Assembly (NCBI GenBank): GCA_950097015.1
Contig: CATNEN010000026.1
Coordinates: 496,001-560,000 of the forward strand
Direction of reading: 5' to 3'
From: Macrostomum hystrix
Lineage: Eukaryota; Animalia; Platyhelminthes
Length of the DNA: 64,000 bases
How positions within the stretch are numbered: position 1 is the first letter of the stretch; every line of letters begins with the position of its first letter. Made by a program: the position numbers and the translations under genes. The notes beneath the pieces were generated by a model. That model did not search any database, was not told the origin of the DNA, and saw only the letters and a program-made list of their open reading frames with translations. Positions 14,111 through 26,200 of the stretch are shown here, in pieces.

Positions 14111-16035
14111 GTGTCCAAACTGTGGCGAGCAGGATAATCCTTAGAAGGCCGTGCGATGCATGCTTCCCTTTTACTCAGTCGCTCCCCATGCTTTAGAGTA
14201 GAATAACTACTAGAGAGCCAGGGAATATGGTACGCGTACATACACATGTCGTGCACACTACACAAGTCCTATAAACTATGAAAGCCGATGACAAAGAAGG
14301 GCACGAGGACAGGCATGTGGCTGTGCTTGATAGCTTACTGTTATTTCGCGCATAAACATCAATATGAGCATGTTTTGTATAAACAAAGCATTAGCATGCC
14401 TAGGGAAATTATTAGGTGCAATTTTTAGCCCACGAAACGGCGGAAGTGGCGGCTGCGCACAAAGGGTAGCCTTGGGTGCAATAAGAGGACATTCGCGACT
14501 ATAAGAAAGCTGGGAGTAGCCTTTCTTGGCCTTTGTTGCCAACTAACTAGCGGGCGTAGAAATTTCCGGCGAAAATGTAACGAAATCCAAGTTTAAATGT
14601 ATTTTGATGCGATTAATAGTTGCTTTTCGATACAAATGGGACCCGCGATCGGTAAGGGCAGAGAAATCAGAGGTCTTAAAGTGCAATTCTGGTGCGCCCA
14701 ATTTTTTCCTCTACACCTATTAAACATCTTACTGGACGTGTTGTTTCCATATAAACTTAAGTCACAAAATTGTTAGCAAAATCTCTTTATTTGCTTAGTG
14801 TCTGACGATGTCGTCATTCATTGACACGAAAGCCACACGTCCCGTATTATGCTGCATTATCATTGCGTTGAGCCAACGTATACGTTATTGTACATAATAA
14901 GAACTAGAAAAAAACAGCCTTTAACGAGACAACCGATTTCGTCAGCTTTCCAGGGGGTCCGGCCTGGCGGGGTTTACCCAAGCTGACTCTAAAAATAGAA
15001 ACAGCGGAGGAGACGAAAGCTTTCGTCAGCTTCACTCCCGCCGGAACCTGGTGGGTGTGGTCAAGGTTTCACTTGTGGCCGGCCAGTAGGGCCTTCATCT
15101 GCTAGAGCTAGAGCGAATCCAAAAACAGATTCTTCCTTCTCTACCGTCACGGTGAGTTGAGTCTGAAAATTCTAGAACACAGCTAATTGAGTGGGATTTA
15201 CCTAATGCGTTTACTACTCAGACTACTCTGATAAACCGATTTTCTACAAGATGTGAACAGAATGGACAGAGAAATTTCGGGATTTTGATGAAATGGGAAA
15301 ATAATTTTCAGAAAGTGATTGAAAAGGAATGGAATTTTCGGGATGTGAATGGAATAGGAAGATAATTATTGGGATTTTTGAATAGAATGAGAAGATTATT
15401 GTTCGGATTTGGATAAAATGGGAAAAGTTTTTAGTATAGCAAAATCGGAAAAAATTACTGAGAAATCATGTTTAGAGTGCATCTATTAAGCGACACGAAA
15501 GATAAATAAATAAGGCGAAGATTATTTATTCAAAGTTTTCCAACTGTCACGCGGTCAGCGCGTGCTAACAAACCTTGGAGCAGTTTCTCAAGGTCACAAA
15601 AGTTTTACTTCTGCGGATTTCTGCGACGACCAGTTTTTATATCTGTTTTTGTCTCTAAAAATTGCATTTGCGTTTATGCATTTTGAAATACTTTTTGACA
15701 GCGCCAGATACGATATTAACTCGTATAAACATGACAGCATCAAATCCGTCACCGCTAATCCGCCTTATAAAGAAGCTTTCTGCACCAATACATAACAGCT
15801 GACCCACCGTCCTATTAGTACGAATGCAGACAGCATAATAAGCGATGGTGCCAATGTAGCGCGAAAGTTATCGCTATACGTAGATAGCAGCTGGTTGCGA
15901 CCCAAAGCAAGCACTTCCGATGATAAAAGTATGATCAAAGTTCGAGTTTTCAAGATAAGTATTTCGAAAAATAAAATATTCGAGATTTTAGTTTCGTAGT
16001 TTGACCTTCCGGCTAGAACTTCGCAGTTCGAATTA

Positions 16036-17275
16036 AGGATTGGAGTTTCGGGTTTTGAGTTTTGAGATCCGAATTTCATGATTATAGTTTCGAGATCCGG
16101 ATATCAGGATTAAAATTTCGGGATTAGAGTTTCGAGATCCGGATATCAGGATTAAAATTTCGGGATTAGAGTTTCGAGATCCGGATATCAGGATTAAAAT
16201 TTCGGGATTAGAGTTTCGAGATCCGGATATCAGGATTAAAATTTCGGGATTAGAGTTTCGAGATCCGGATATCAGGATTAAAATTTCGGGATTAGAGTTT
16301 CGAGATCCGGATATCAGAATTAAAATTTCGGGATTAGAGTTTCGAGATCCGGATATCAGAATTAAAATTTCGGGATTAGAGTTTCGAGATCCGGATATCA
16401 GAATTAAAATTTCGGGATTAGAGTTTCGAGATCCGGAATTCAGGATTAAAATTTCGGGATTAGAGTTTCGAGATCCGGATTTCAGGATTAAAATTTCGGG
16501 ATTAGAGTTTCGAGATCCGGATATCAGGATTAAAATTTCGGGATTAGAGTTTCGAGATACGGATTTCAGGATTAAAATTTCGGGATTAGAGTTTCGAGAT
16601 CCGGATTTCAGGATTAATATTTCGGGATTAGAGTTTCGAGATCCGGAATTCAGGATTAAAATTTCGGGACTAGAGTTTCGAGATCCGGATTTCAAGATTA
16701 AAATTTCGGGATTAGAGTTTTGAGATCCGGATTTCAGGATTAATATTTCGGGACTAGAGTTTCGAGATCTGGATTTCAGGATTAAAATTTCGGGACTAGA
16801 GTTTCGAGATCCAGATTTCAAGATTAAAATTTCGGGATTAGAGTTTCGAGATCTGGAATTCAGGATTAAAATTTCGGGATTAGAGTTTCGAGATACGGAT
16901 TTCAGGATTAAAATTTCGGGATTAGAGTTTCGAGATCTGGATTTCAGGATTAAAATTTCGGGATTAGAGTTTCGAGATCCGGATATCAGGATTAATATTT
17001 CGGGACTATAGTTTCGAGACCTGGATTTCGGGATTAAAATTTCATGATTATAGTTTCGAGATCTGGATTTCAGGATTAAATTTCGGGATTAGAGTTTCGA
17101 GATACGGATTTCAGGATTAAAATATCGGGATTAGAGTTTCGAGATCCGAATTTCGGGATTAAAATTTCGGGATTAGAGTTTCGAGATCCGGATTTCAGGA
17201 TTAAAATTTCGGGATTAGAGTTTCGAGACCCGAATTTCGAGAATCGAGTTTCCGGGTTAGAATTTCGGGATTTGA
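16036..17275. repeat. Minisatellite, 42-bp unit GGATTAAAATTTCGGGATTAGAGTTTCGAGATCCGGATWTCA (about 29 copies)
   Basis: Direct reading. It explains the 14-aa-repeat ORF 16033..16821. Confidence 0.97.
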
Positions 17276-17879
17276 TAACCGGGTTAGAGAAGTTAGTGGC
17301 GTTAGTTGCTCGCTTATAAAAACAGATTGAAAGGCTGCATCTAAACTTTTACTAAGAACCACAAAAATGGAAAACAATGTTCTCGAATAAACACTCGTTA
17401 AATCCTGAATGCAATGAAAAACAGTACTCAATTAGATTGGAAAGGACTAGCACTGCCTTGTCCATAGTTTTACTGTCAGCAGATTGCATATTATCTGAGC
17501 TAACAGAAAACACACATCAATTTGTAAATTGCAGATTGGAAAATGCCCGATGAAGGTATCTGTTAAGCCAATAAATTTAACGGCAAAAATGCAACTTCAA
17601 CTTCGACTGCGCCAGAATCTCCTGGCTTCTGAAACTTGTCAAATCGAGCGGTCAAGATCGGTCCGAGCTGTCAATCTAAAACAACATGGATAGCGGTTGG
17701 GGAAACAGTAAAAAACATTTTTTCAACATTTTTTAACATTATGAATCAAAGTAATATTTTATAACAAAGAATCTCAAATTCGGAATCGCTTATGTCTTGA
17801 TCCCCCATTCTAAGCTCCTCATTTTAAGATCCCCACTCTCATTTCCATCTAGGGACGTAATCCACATTATAAATCCTAC

Positions 17880-19210
17880 AAAGGGGTTTTGATCCCACCC
17901 CACTCTAAATACCATAAAGCATAGAGGGACGTTATCCCCAGTCTAAATCCCATAGAGGGTTTTATTCCCCACTATAAATACCAGAGAGGGTTTTAATTCC
18001 AACCTAAATACCATAGAGGGGTTTGATCCCACTCCAAATACCATAGAGAGCTTTGATCCCACTCCAAATACCATAGAGAGCTTTGATCCCACTCCAAATA
18101 CCATAGAGAGCGTTGATCCCACTCCAAATACCATAGAGGGCTTTGATCCCACTCCAAATACCATAGAGGGCTTTGATCCCACTCCAAATACCATAGAGGG
18201 CTTTGATCCCACTCCAAATACCATAGAGGCCTTTGATCCCACTCCAAATACCATAGAGGGCTTTGATCCCACTCCAAATACCATAGAGGGCTTTGATCCC
18301 ACTCCAACTACCATAGAGGGGTTTGATCCCACTCCAAATACCATAGAGGGCTTTGATCCCACTCCAACTACCATAGAGGATTTTGACCCCACTCCAAATA
18401 CCATAGAGGGCTTTGATCCCACTCCAACTACCATAGAGGGCTTTGATCCCACTCCAAATACCATAGAGGGCTTTGATCCCACTCCAACTACCATAGAGGA
18501 TTTTGACCCCACTCCAACTACCATAGAGGATTTTGACCCCACTCCAACTACCATAGAGGATTTTGACCCCACTCCAAATACCATAGAGGGCTTTGATCCC
18601 ACTCCAACTACCATAGAGGGCTTTGATCCCACTCCAAATACCATAGAGGGCTTTGATCCCACTCCAACTACCATAGAGGGCTTTGATCCCACTCCAAATA
18701 CCATAGAGGGCTTTGATCCCACTCCAAATACCATAGAGGATTTTGACCCCACTCCAAATACCATAGAGGGCTTTGATCCCACTCCAACTACCATAGAGGG
18801 CTTTGATCCCACTCCAAATACCATAGAGGGCTTTGATCCCACTCCAAATACCATAGAGGATTTTGACCCCACTCCAAATACCATAGAGGGCTTTGATCCC
18901 ACTCCAACTACCATAGAGGGCTTTGATCCCACTCCAACTACCATAGAGGGCTTTGATCCCACTCCAACTACCATAGAGGATTTTGACCCCACTCCAAATA
19001 ACCATAGCGGGTCTTGATCCCACTCCAAATAACCATAGCGGGTTTTGATCACACTCCAAATACCATAGCGGGTTTTGATCCCACTCCAAATAACCATAGC
19101 GGGTTTTGATCACACTCCAAATACCGTAGGAGGTTTTGATCCCAATCTAAATACCATAGAGGGCTTTTATCCCATCCTAAATCCCACAGAGGGTCGGGTC
19201 TTGATCCCAG
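17880..19210. repeat. Minisatellite, 30-bp unit CCACTCCAAATACCATAGAGGGCTTTGATC (about 40 copies, degenerate at both ends)
   Basis: Direct reading. It explains the ORFs at 17943-19113. Confidence 0.97.
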
Positions 19211-19634
19211 CTAGGGTATCGCTCTCCCATTTAAAATGCCACAAATGAGTTAAATAGTTTAATTGGTACACAGTATTTGCTGCATGCAATCCAGTGCACG
19301 TGAACTAGTCAAGAAAGATCGATTTACAGCTTGGATTAGCGTTGGAAAAGGTCACAGGCAATAAAGCCTGTGATAGAACATTGCCCGAAAACATTTCAAT
19401 CCACAACACAGATTGTAGGCCAAGCAGCTGCTAAACAATGTGAAAAGGGCATAGATATTAGGAAGGTATAATTAGAGCAGGCTTGTTTTAAAAATAGATC
19501 TATGTACCAGCAAGATACGAAGTTGATTGAATCAAAGAAGAGGGGGACTTTGGAACACGCGAGAGAGAAATGTGTGGGGGGGGGCAGTCCACCCTGGATC
19601 TCCAGGGCGCAGGTTCACTTGAGGTCACGCGCTG

Positions 19635-20111
19635 TCAGCTGAGCCGCTTGGCGAGGAAATCCCCATCCACCAACACCACAGGAAATCCCCTCTTGGGCTT
19701 GTTTGGATGCGGCCAGCATCGATGGCGATGCACCTAGATGTACTTTTATTTGAACAAACAAATTGACACAATACTGAATTCAACCCATACCCACACAAGT
19801 GCACTATCTCTAAAGAAATCCGACAAAAAACAACATGATAATTAACTGCACTGACTGATCTACCTGTCTGTCTAGTCCGCAAAACCTGCGTGTGTCTAGT
19901 TAAAACATGTCTAGTCTAATCTACCTGTCTGTCTGTCTGATGTGTCTGTCTGTCTGATTTACCTGTCTGTAAGTCTGATCTACCTGTCTGTCTGATGTGT
20001 CTGTCTGTCTGATTTACCTGTCTGTAAGTCTGATCTACCTGTCTGTCTGATGTGTCAGTCTGTCCGATATACCTGTCTGTCTGTCTGTCTGTCTGTCTGT
20101 CTGATCTACCG

Positions 20112-20143
<32 letters not shown>

Positions 20144-20247
20144 GATCTACCGGTCTGTCTGTCTGTCTGTCTGTCTGTCTGATCTACCGGTCTGTCTGTC
20201 TGATCTACCGGTCTGTCTGTCTGATCTACCGGTCTGTCTGTCTGATA

Positions 20248-20280
<33 letters not shown>

Positions 20281-23200
20281 TATCTACCCGTCTGTCTGTC
20301 TGATCTACCAGTCTGTCTGTCTTATCTACCCGTCTGTCTGTCTTATCTATCCGTCTGTCTGTCTGATCTAACCGTCTGTCTGTCGGATCTACCCGTGCGT
20401 CTGTCTTATCTACCCGTCTGTCTGTCTGATCTACCCGTCTGTCTGTCTTATCTACCCGTCTGTCTGTCTTATCTACCCGTCTGTCTGTCTGATCTACCCG
20501 TCTGTCTGTCGGATCTACCCGTCTGTCTGTCTTATCTACCCGTCTGTCTGTCTTATCTACCCGTCTGTCTGTCTGATCTATCCGTCTGTCTGTCTGATTT
20601 ACCCGTCTGTCTGTCTGATCTACCAGTCTGTCTGTCTTATCTACCCGTCTGTCTGTCTGATCTACCCGTCTGTCTGTCTTATCTATCCGTCTGTCTGTCT
20701 TATCTACCCGTCTGTCTGTCTTATCTACCCGTCTGTCTGTCTTATCTACCCGTCTGTCTGTCTGATCTACCAGTCTGTCTGTCTTATCTACCCGTCTGTC
20801 TGTCTGATCTACCCGTCTGTCTGTCTGATCTACTAGTCTGTCTGTCTTATCTACCCGTCTGTCTGTCTGATCTACCCGTCTGTCTGTCTTATCTACCCGT
20901 CTGTCTGTCTGACCTACCCGTCTGTCTGTCTGATCTACCCGTCTGTCTGTCTGATCTACCCGTCTGTCTGTCTGATCTACCCGTCTGTCTGTCTGATCTA
21001 CCAGTCTGTCTGTCTGATCTACCCGTCTGTCTGTCTGATCTACCCGTCTGTCTGTCTGATCTACCCGTCTGTCTGTCTGATCTACCCGTCTGTCTGTCTG
21101 ATCTACCCGTCTGTCTGTCTGATCTACCAGTCTGTCTGTCTGATCTACCCGTCTGTCTGTCTGATCTACCCGTCTGTCTGTCTGATCTACCAGTCTGTCT
21201 GTCTTATCTACCCGTCTGTCTGTCTGATCTACCAGTCTGTCTGAATGAATTTTCCGAACAGGTCTTGTCTCGCCTTTAGTTTGTTTAGGTTCAGGCTGTA
21301 CAGTGGCATTGCTTGTACTTAGTGTGTGGCATCAAGTGTTGCACAGAGACAAAAGGCTAGAAAGAAAATAAAGCAAGTCTTGAACTAAAAACCACTGTCA
21401 TTCTCTGAGGTCCAGAATTTGAAAGCTAAGATAGACGTTTTCAACACTCAACTGACGGCTCACAAAAAAGATAGGAGAAATCGACCTTCATCTGTCACGG
21501 CTTAGAGACAGGCTTTAAAATTCTGCCTGTTTGCGTCCCTTTGATGTGCGAAAATACAGATAAGCGTGAAATTTTCTGTCAATTTTTCAGACATCAAAGC
21601 ACAGAAAAATTGTCGCAAAAAATTGGAGCAGCCCCAATCGAAATATGAAATTTGATACCTCTTGAGCGAAAAAATCTTGCCTGTAGTATTTACTGGGCAA
21701 ATCAAGGGTAGAGAAAGCTGCAAAACCCACACTGATGACAACTGTACAGTCCACACTGATGACAACTGTACAGTCCACACTGATGACAACTGTACAGTCC
21801 ACACTGATGACAACTGTACAGTCCACACTGATGACAACTGTACAGTCCACACTGATGACAACTGTACAACCCACACTGATGACAACTGTACAACCCACAC
21901 TGATGACAACTGTACAACCCACACTGATGACAACTGTACAACCCACACTGATGACAACTGTACAACCCACACTGATGACAACTGTACAACCCACACTGAT
22001 GACAACTCACACTGATGACAACTGTACAACCCACACTGATGACAACTGTACAACCCACACTGATGACAACTGTACAACCCACACTGATGACAACTGTACA
22101 ATCCACACTGATGACAACTGTACAGTCCACACTGATGACAACTGTACAACCCACACTGATGACAACTGTACAGTCCACACTGATGATTACTGTACAACCC
22201 ACACTGATGACAACTGTACAGTCCACACTGATGACAACTGTACAGTCCACACTGATGACAACTGTACAACCCACACTGATGACAACTGTACAGTCCACAC
22301 TGATGACAACTGTACAACCCACACTGATGACAACTGTACAACCCACACTGATGACAACTGTACAACCCACACTGATAACAACTGTACAGTCCACACTGAT
22401 GATAACTCACACTGATGACAACTGTACAACCCACACTGATGACAACTGTACAGTCCACACTGATGACAACTGTACAACCCACACTGATGACAACTGTACA
22501 ACCCACACTGATGACAACTGTACAGTCCACACTGATGATAACTGTACAGTCCACACTGATGATTACTGTACAGTCCACACTGATGATAACTGTACAGTCC
22601 ACACTGATGATTACTGTACAGTCCACACTGATGATAACTGTATAGTCCACACTGATGATTACTGTACAGTCCACACTGATGATAACTGTACAGTCCACAC
22701 TGATGATAACTGTACAGTCCACACTGATGATAACTGTACAGTCCACACTGATGACAACTGTACAGTCCACACTGATGATTACTGTACAGTCCACACTGAT
22801 GATAACTGTACAGTCCACACTGGTGATAACTGTGCAGTCCACACTGATGATAACTGTACAACCCACACTGATGATTACTGTACAACCCACACTGATGATA
22901 GCTGTACAACACAGACTAAAAATGCAGGCTTATCGCATAACAGAGCAATTAGCTAGTACAAGGTGGAATAAAAAAGCCTAAAAGGTAAACAGCAGTTAGT
23001 TTAGGTGCAAAAGTCTAGGTGAAAGTCGCATGCGTTTGACTATGTTCGAGTTTTAAATATAAAGAAGTGCGCCAACCGTATTTTAGGAAACTGAAACCAA
23101 ACCCTAAGATAAGGCTAGGTAATACGATGCTACTGCTAGTAGTAATAGGAAAGACATTCACCGATCTGCTGGCGCACACCAGTACTACGGCAATCAGGGT

Positions 23201-26200
23201 CTGCAGCTCCTGGCTTGGAGCGGCACAGTCCAGCTCCAACACAGCGGCCGGCAGCCGGACCTCCCAGTCGCTCACCGCGGAGCCTTCCGCAACTAGAAGA
23301 GCTCCGTGACGCGCCGACGACAGGTGCAGCCGCGGATGCCGACTGCGAGCCTGGCAGCGAAGGGCCCGGAACTCGACTGGCCTAGCTGGCCCGCCCACCA
23401 ACACCAGGGCAGCCAAAAGGGGCAGCAACCCGCTGCCATCCTTTGATGTTGCCGATTGGTGCCTGAACAGAAGACATTTAGTGGTATGCAACACCCTACC
23501 CAACACTCACTGCCCACTCTACCCAACACTCACTGCCCACCCTACCCAACACTCACTGCCCACCCTACCCAACACTCACTGCCCACCCTACCCAACACTC
23601 ACTGCCCACCCTACCCAACTGACCACCATTCTGTGCAGTCGCCTGGCTTGTCTAGAAATGCAAGGCCGGCCGCAACGAACGGTGCCTTCAGCATAGTCGA
23701 CAGTCGTCGCCGTAGCTTTGCCAACGCAGCCGGCCACCGATCCTTCGCGCCGATCCAGTTAAACTTCGACGATGATTCGGCGTCGCCGTCATCGTTGACC
23801 AACTTTGCCGCTGGTCGATAGCCGAGTAGTTCCCGGTGAAGCTCGTCCGCTTCGAATGGCTTCAGGCAGCGAGGAAAATGATGCAGCACCGCCTGCGGCG
23901 ACGATGTCTGGCGGTGGCGGAAAAGGCGCGTCTGGTCTAGGACCAGCCGGCCGCCGATGGACTGAAAGTCAGCGGGAAGCTGACGCGAGTCCGGATGCAG
24001 CCGTCGCATGTCCCGCTGCCGCTGCTCAAAACTGGCGGCGGCCTCCAAGGCGGCGACGTCGAAAACTGACTCGTAGGGATCTGACGGCGGCGGCGCTGGC
24101 AGCGGCGAAATCTGGACGTGAGATTGGCGATGAGATCTCAATGTGATGAATATGAGATCTCAATGTGATGAATATGAGATCTCAATGTGATGAATATGAG
24201 ATCTCAATGCGATTGATAATGAGATTAACATGATTTATGAGATTAATACGATTGATGAGATTAACATGATTGATGAGATCAATACGATTGATGAGATTAA
24301 TATGATTGATGAGATTAATACGATTGATGAGATTAATATGATTGATGAGATTAATATGATTGATGAGATTAATATGATTGATGAGATTAATACGATTGAT
24401 GAGATTAATATGATTGATGAGATTAATACGATTGATGAGATTAATATGATTGATGAGATTAATATGATTGATGAGATTAATACGATTGATGAGATTAATA
24501 CGATTGATGAGATTAATATGATTGATGAGATTAATATGATTGATGAGATTAATATGATTGATGAGATTAATACGATTGATGAGATTAATATGATTGATGA
24601 GATTAATACGATTGATGAGATTAATATGATTGATGAGATTAATACGATTGATGAGATCAATACGATTGATGAGATTAACATGATTGATGAGATTAATACG
24701 ATTGATGAGATTAATATGATTGATGAGATTAATACGATTGATGAGATTAATATGATTGATGAGATTAATACGATTGATGAGATCAATACGATTGATGAGA
24801 TTAACATGATTGATGAGATTAATACGATTGATGAGATTAATATGATTGATGAGATTAATACGATTGATGAGATTAATATGATTGATGAGATTAATATGAT
24901 TGATGAGATTAATATGATTGATGAGATTAATACGATTGATGAGATTAACATAATTGATGAGATTAATATGATTGATGAGATTAATACGATTGATGAGATT
25001 AATACGATTGATCAGATTAATACGATTGATGGGATTAATATGATTGATGAAATTAACATGATTGATGAAATTAACATGATTGATGAGATTAATATGATTG
25101 ATGAGATTAATATGATTGATGAGATTAATACGATTGATGAGATTAATACGATTGATGAGATTAATATGATTGATGAGATTAACATGATTGATGAGATAAA
25201 GTAGTGACTGCGGCCTAACATAAAACAAGAGCTCAAAGTTCTTACATCTTCCGCAAGTTCATAATTTTTTATTCTATCTTTAACGCCAACTCGCCCATTC
25301 CTTCTTCTGTCGCCGGCTCCGTCAACAGCCGGGCACCAGTAGATGCAGGGCCGCGCCACAGTCTTTCTAAACAGCGGATTTAACGGGACAGCCGGCCGCT
25401 GCAAGCTGGTCAGGCAAGTCGGTAACCTTGGAGACGAGGCTGAGTTTGGTTCAACAGCCGGCCCGCAGGCTGGCAGTTCCAATGCGGCCTGTGCTATCGA
25501 GTCGTCTCTAGCCGACTGAGACACTTCGCCGTCCTCCAGCTCCGAGCTTGAACCAGCGTCGCCGTCTGAGCCGTCGCCTTGCACTTGCACTTTTAAGGCC
25601 GGCGACGACGAAGTGTCCGCAATATTCGGCTGGGACACGTCACAGTCATTCGGCAGCAGCTCCTGGATGATGCGGGAAAAGGAGTGGAATGTTTTAATAA
25701 ACAGAACATCTTAGGATCTGGGAGTGGAATATCCCAGCTGAGGATCTGGGAGTGGAATATCCCAGCTGAGGATCTGGGAGTGGAATATCCCAGCTGAGGA
25801 TCTGGGAGTGGAATATCCCAGCTGAGGATCTGGAAGTGAAATATCCCAGCTGAGGATCTGGGAGTGGAATATACCATCTTAGGATCTGGGAGTGGAATAT
25901 CCCATCTCAGGATCTGGGAGTGGAATATCCCAGCTGAGGATCTGGGAGTGGAATATACCATCTTAGGATCTGGGAGTGGAATATCCCATCTCAGGATCTG
26001 GGAGTGGAATATACCATCTTAGGATCTGGGAGTGGAATATCCCAGCTGAGGATCTGGGAGTGGAATATACCATCTCAGGATCTGGGAGTGGAATATCCCA
26101 GCTGAGGATCTGGGAGTGGAATATTCCATATCAGGATCTGGGAGTGGAATATCCCAGCTGAGGATCTGGTAGTGGAATATCCCATCTCAGGATCTGGGAG

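Noticed and set aside
14790-14865. Hammerhead-like CTGACGA-stem-GAAA
   Set aside because: Stem II is out of register (no R10.1 partner for the C before GAAA), and no stem III/UH cleavage site can be formed.
15255-15430. Purine-rich diverged repeats sharing TTTCGGGAT with the 42-bp array
   Set aside because: Too degenerate to define a unit or establish a relationship by eye.
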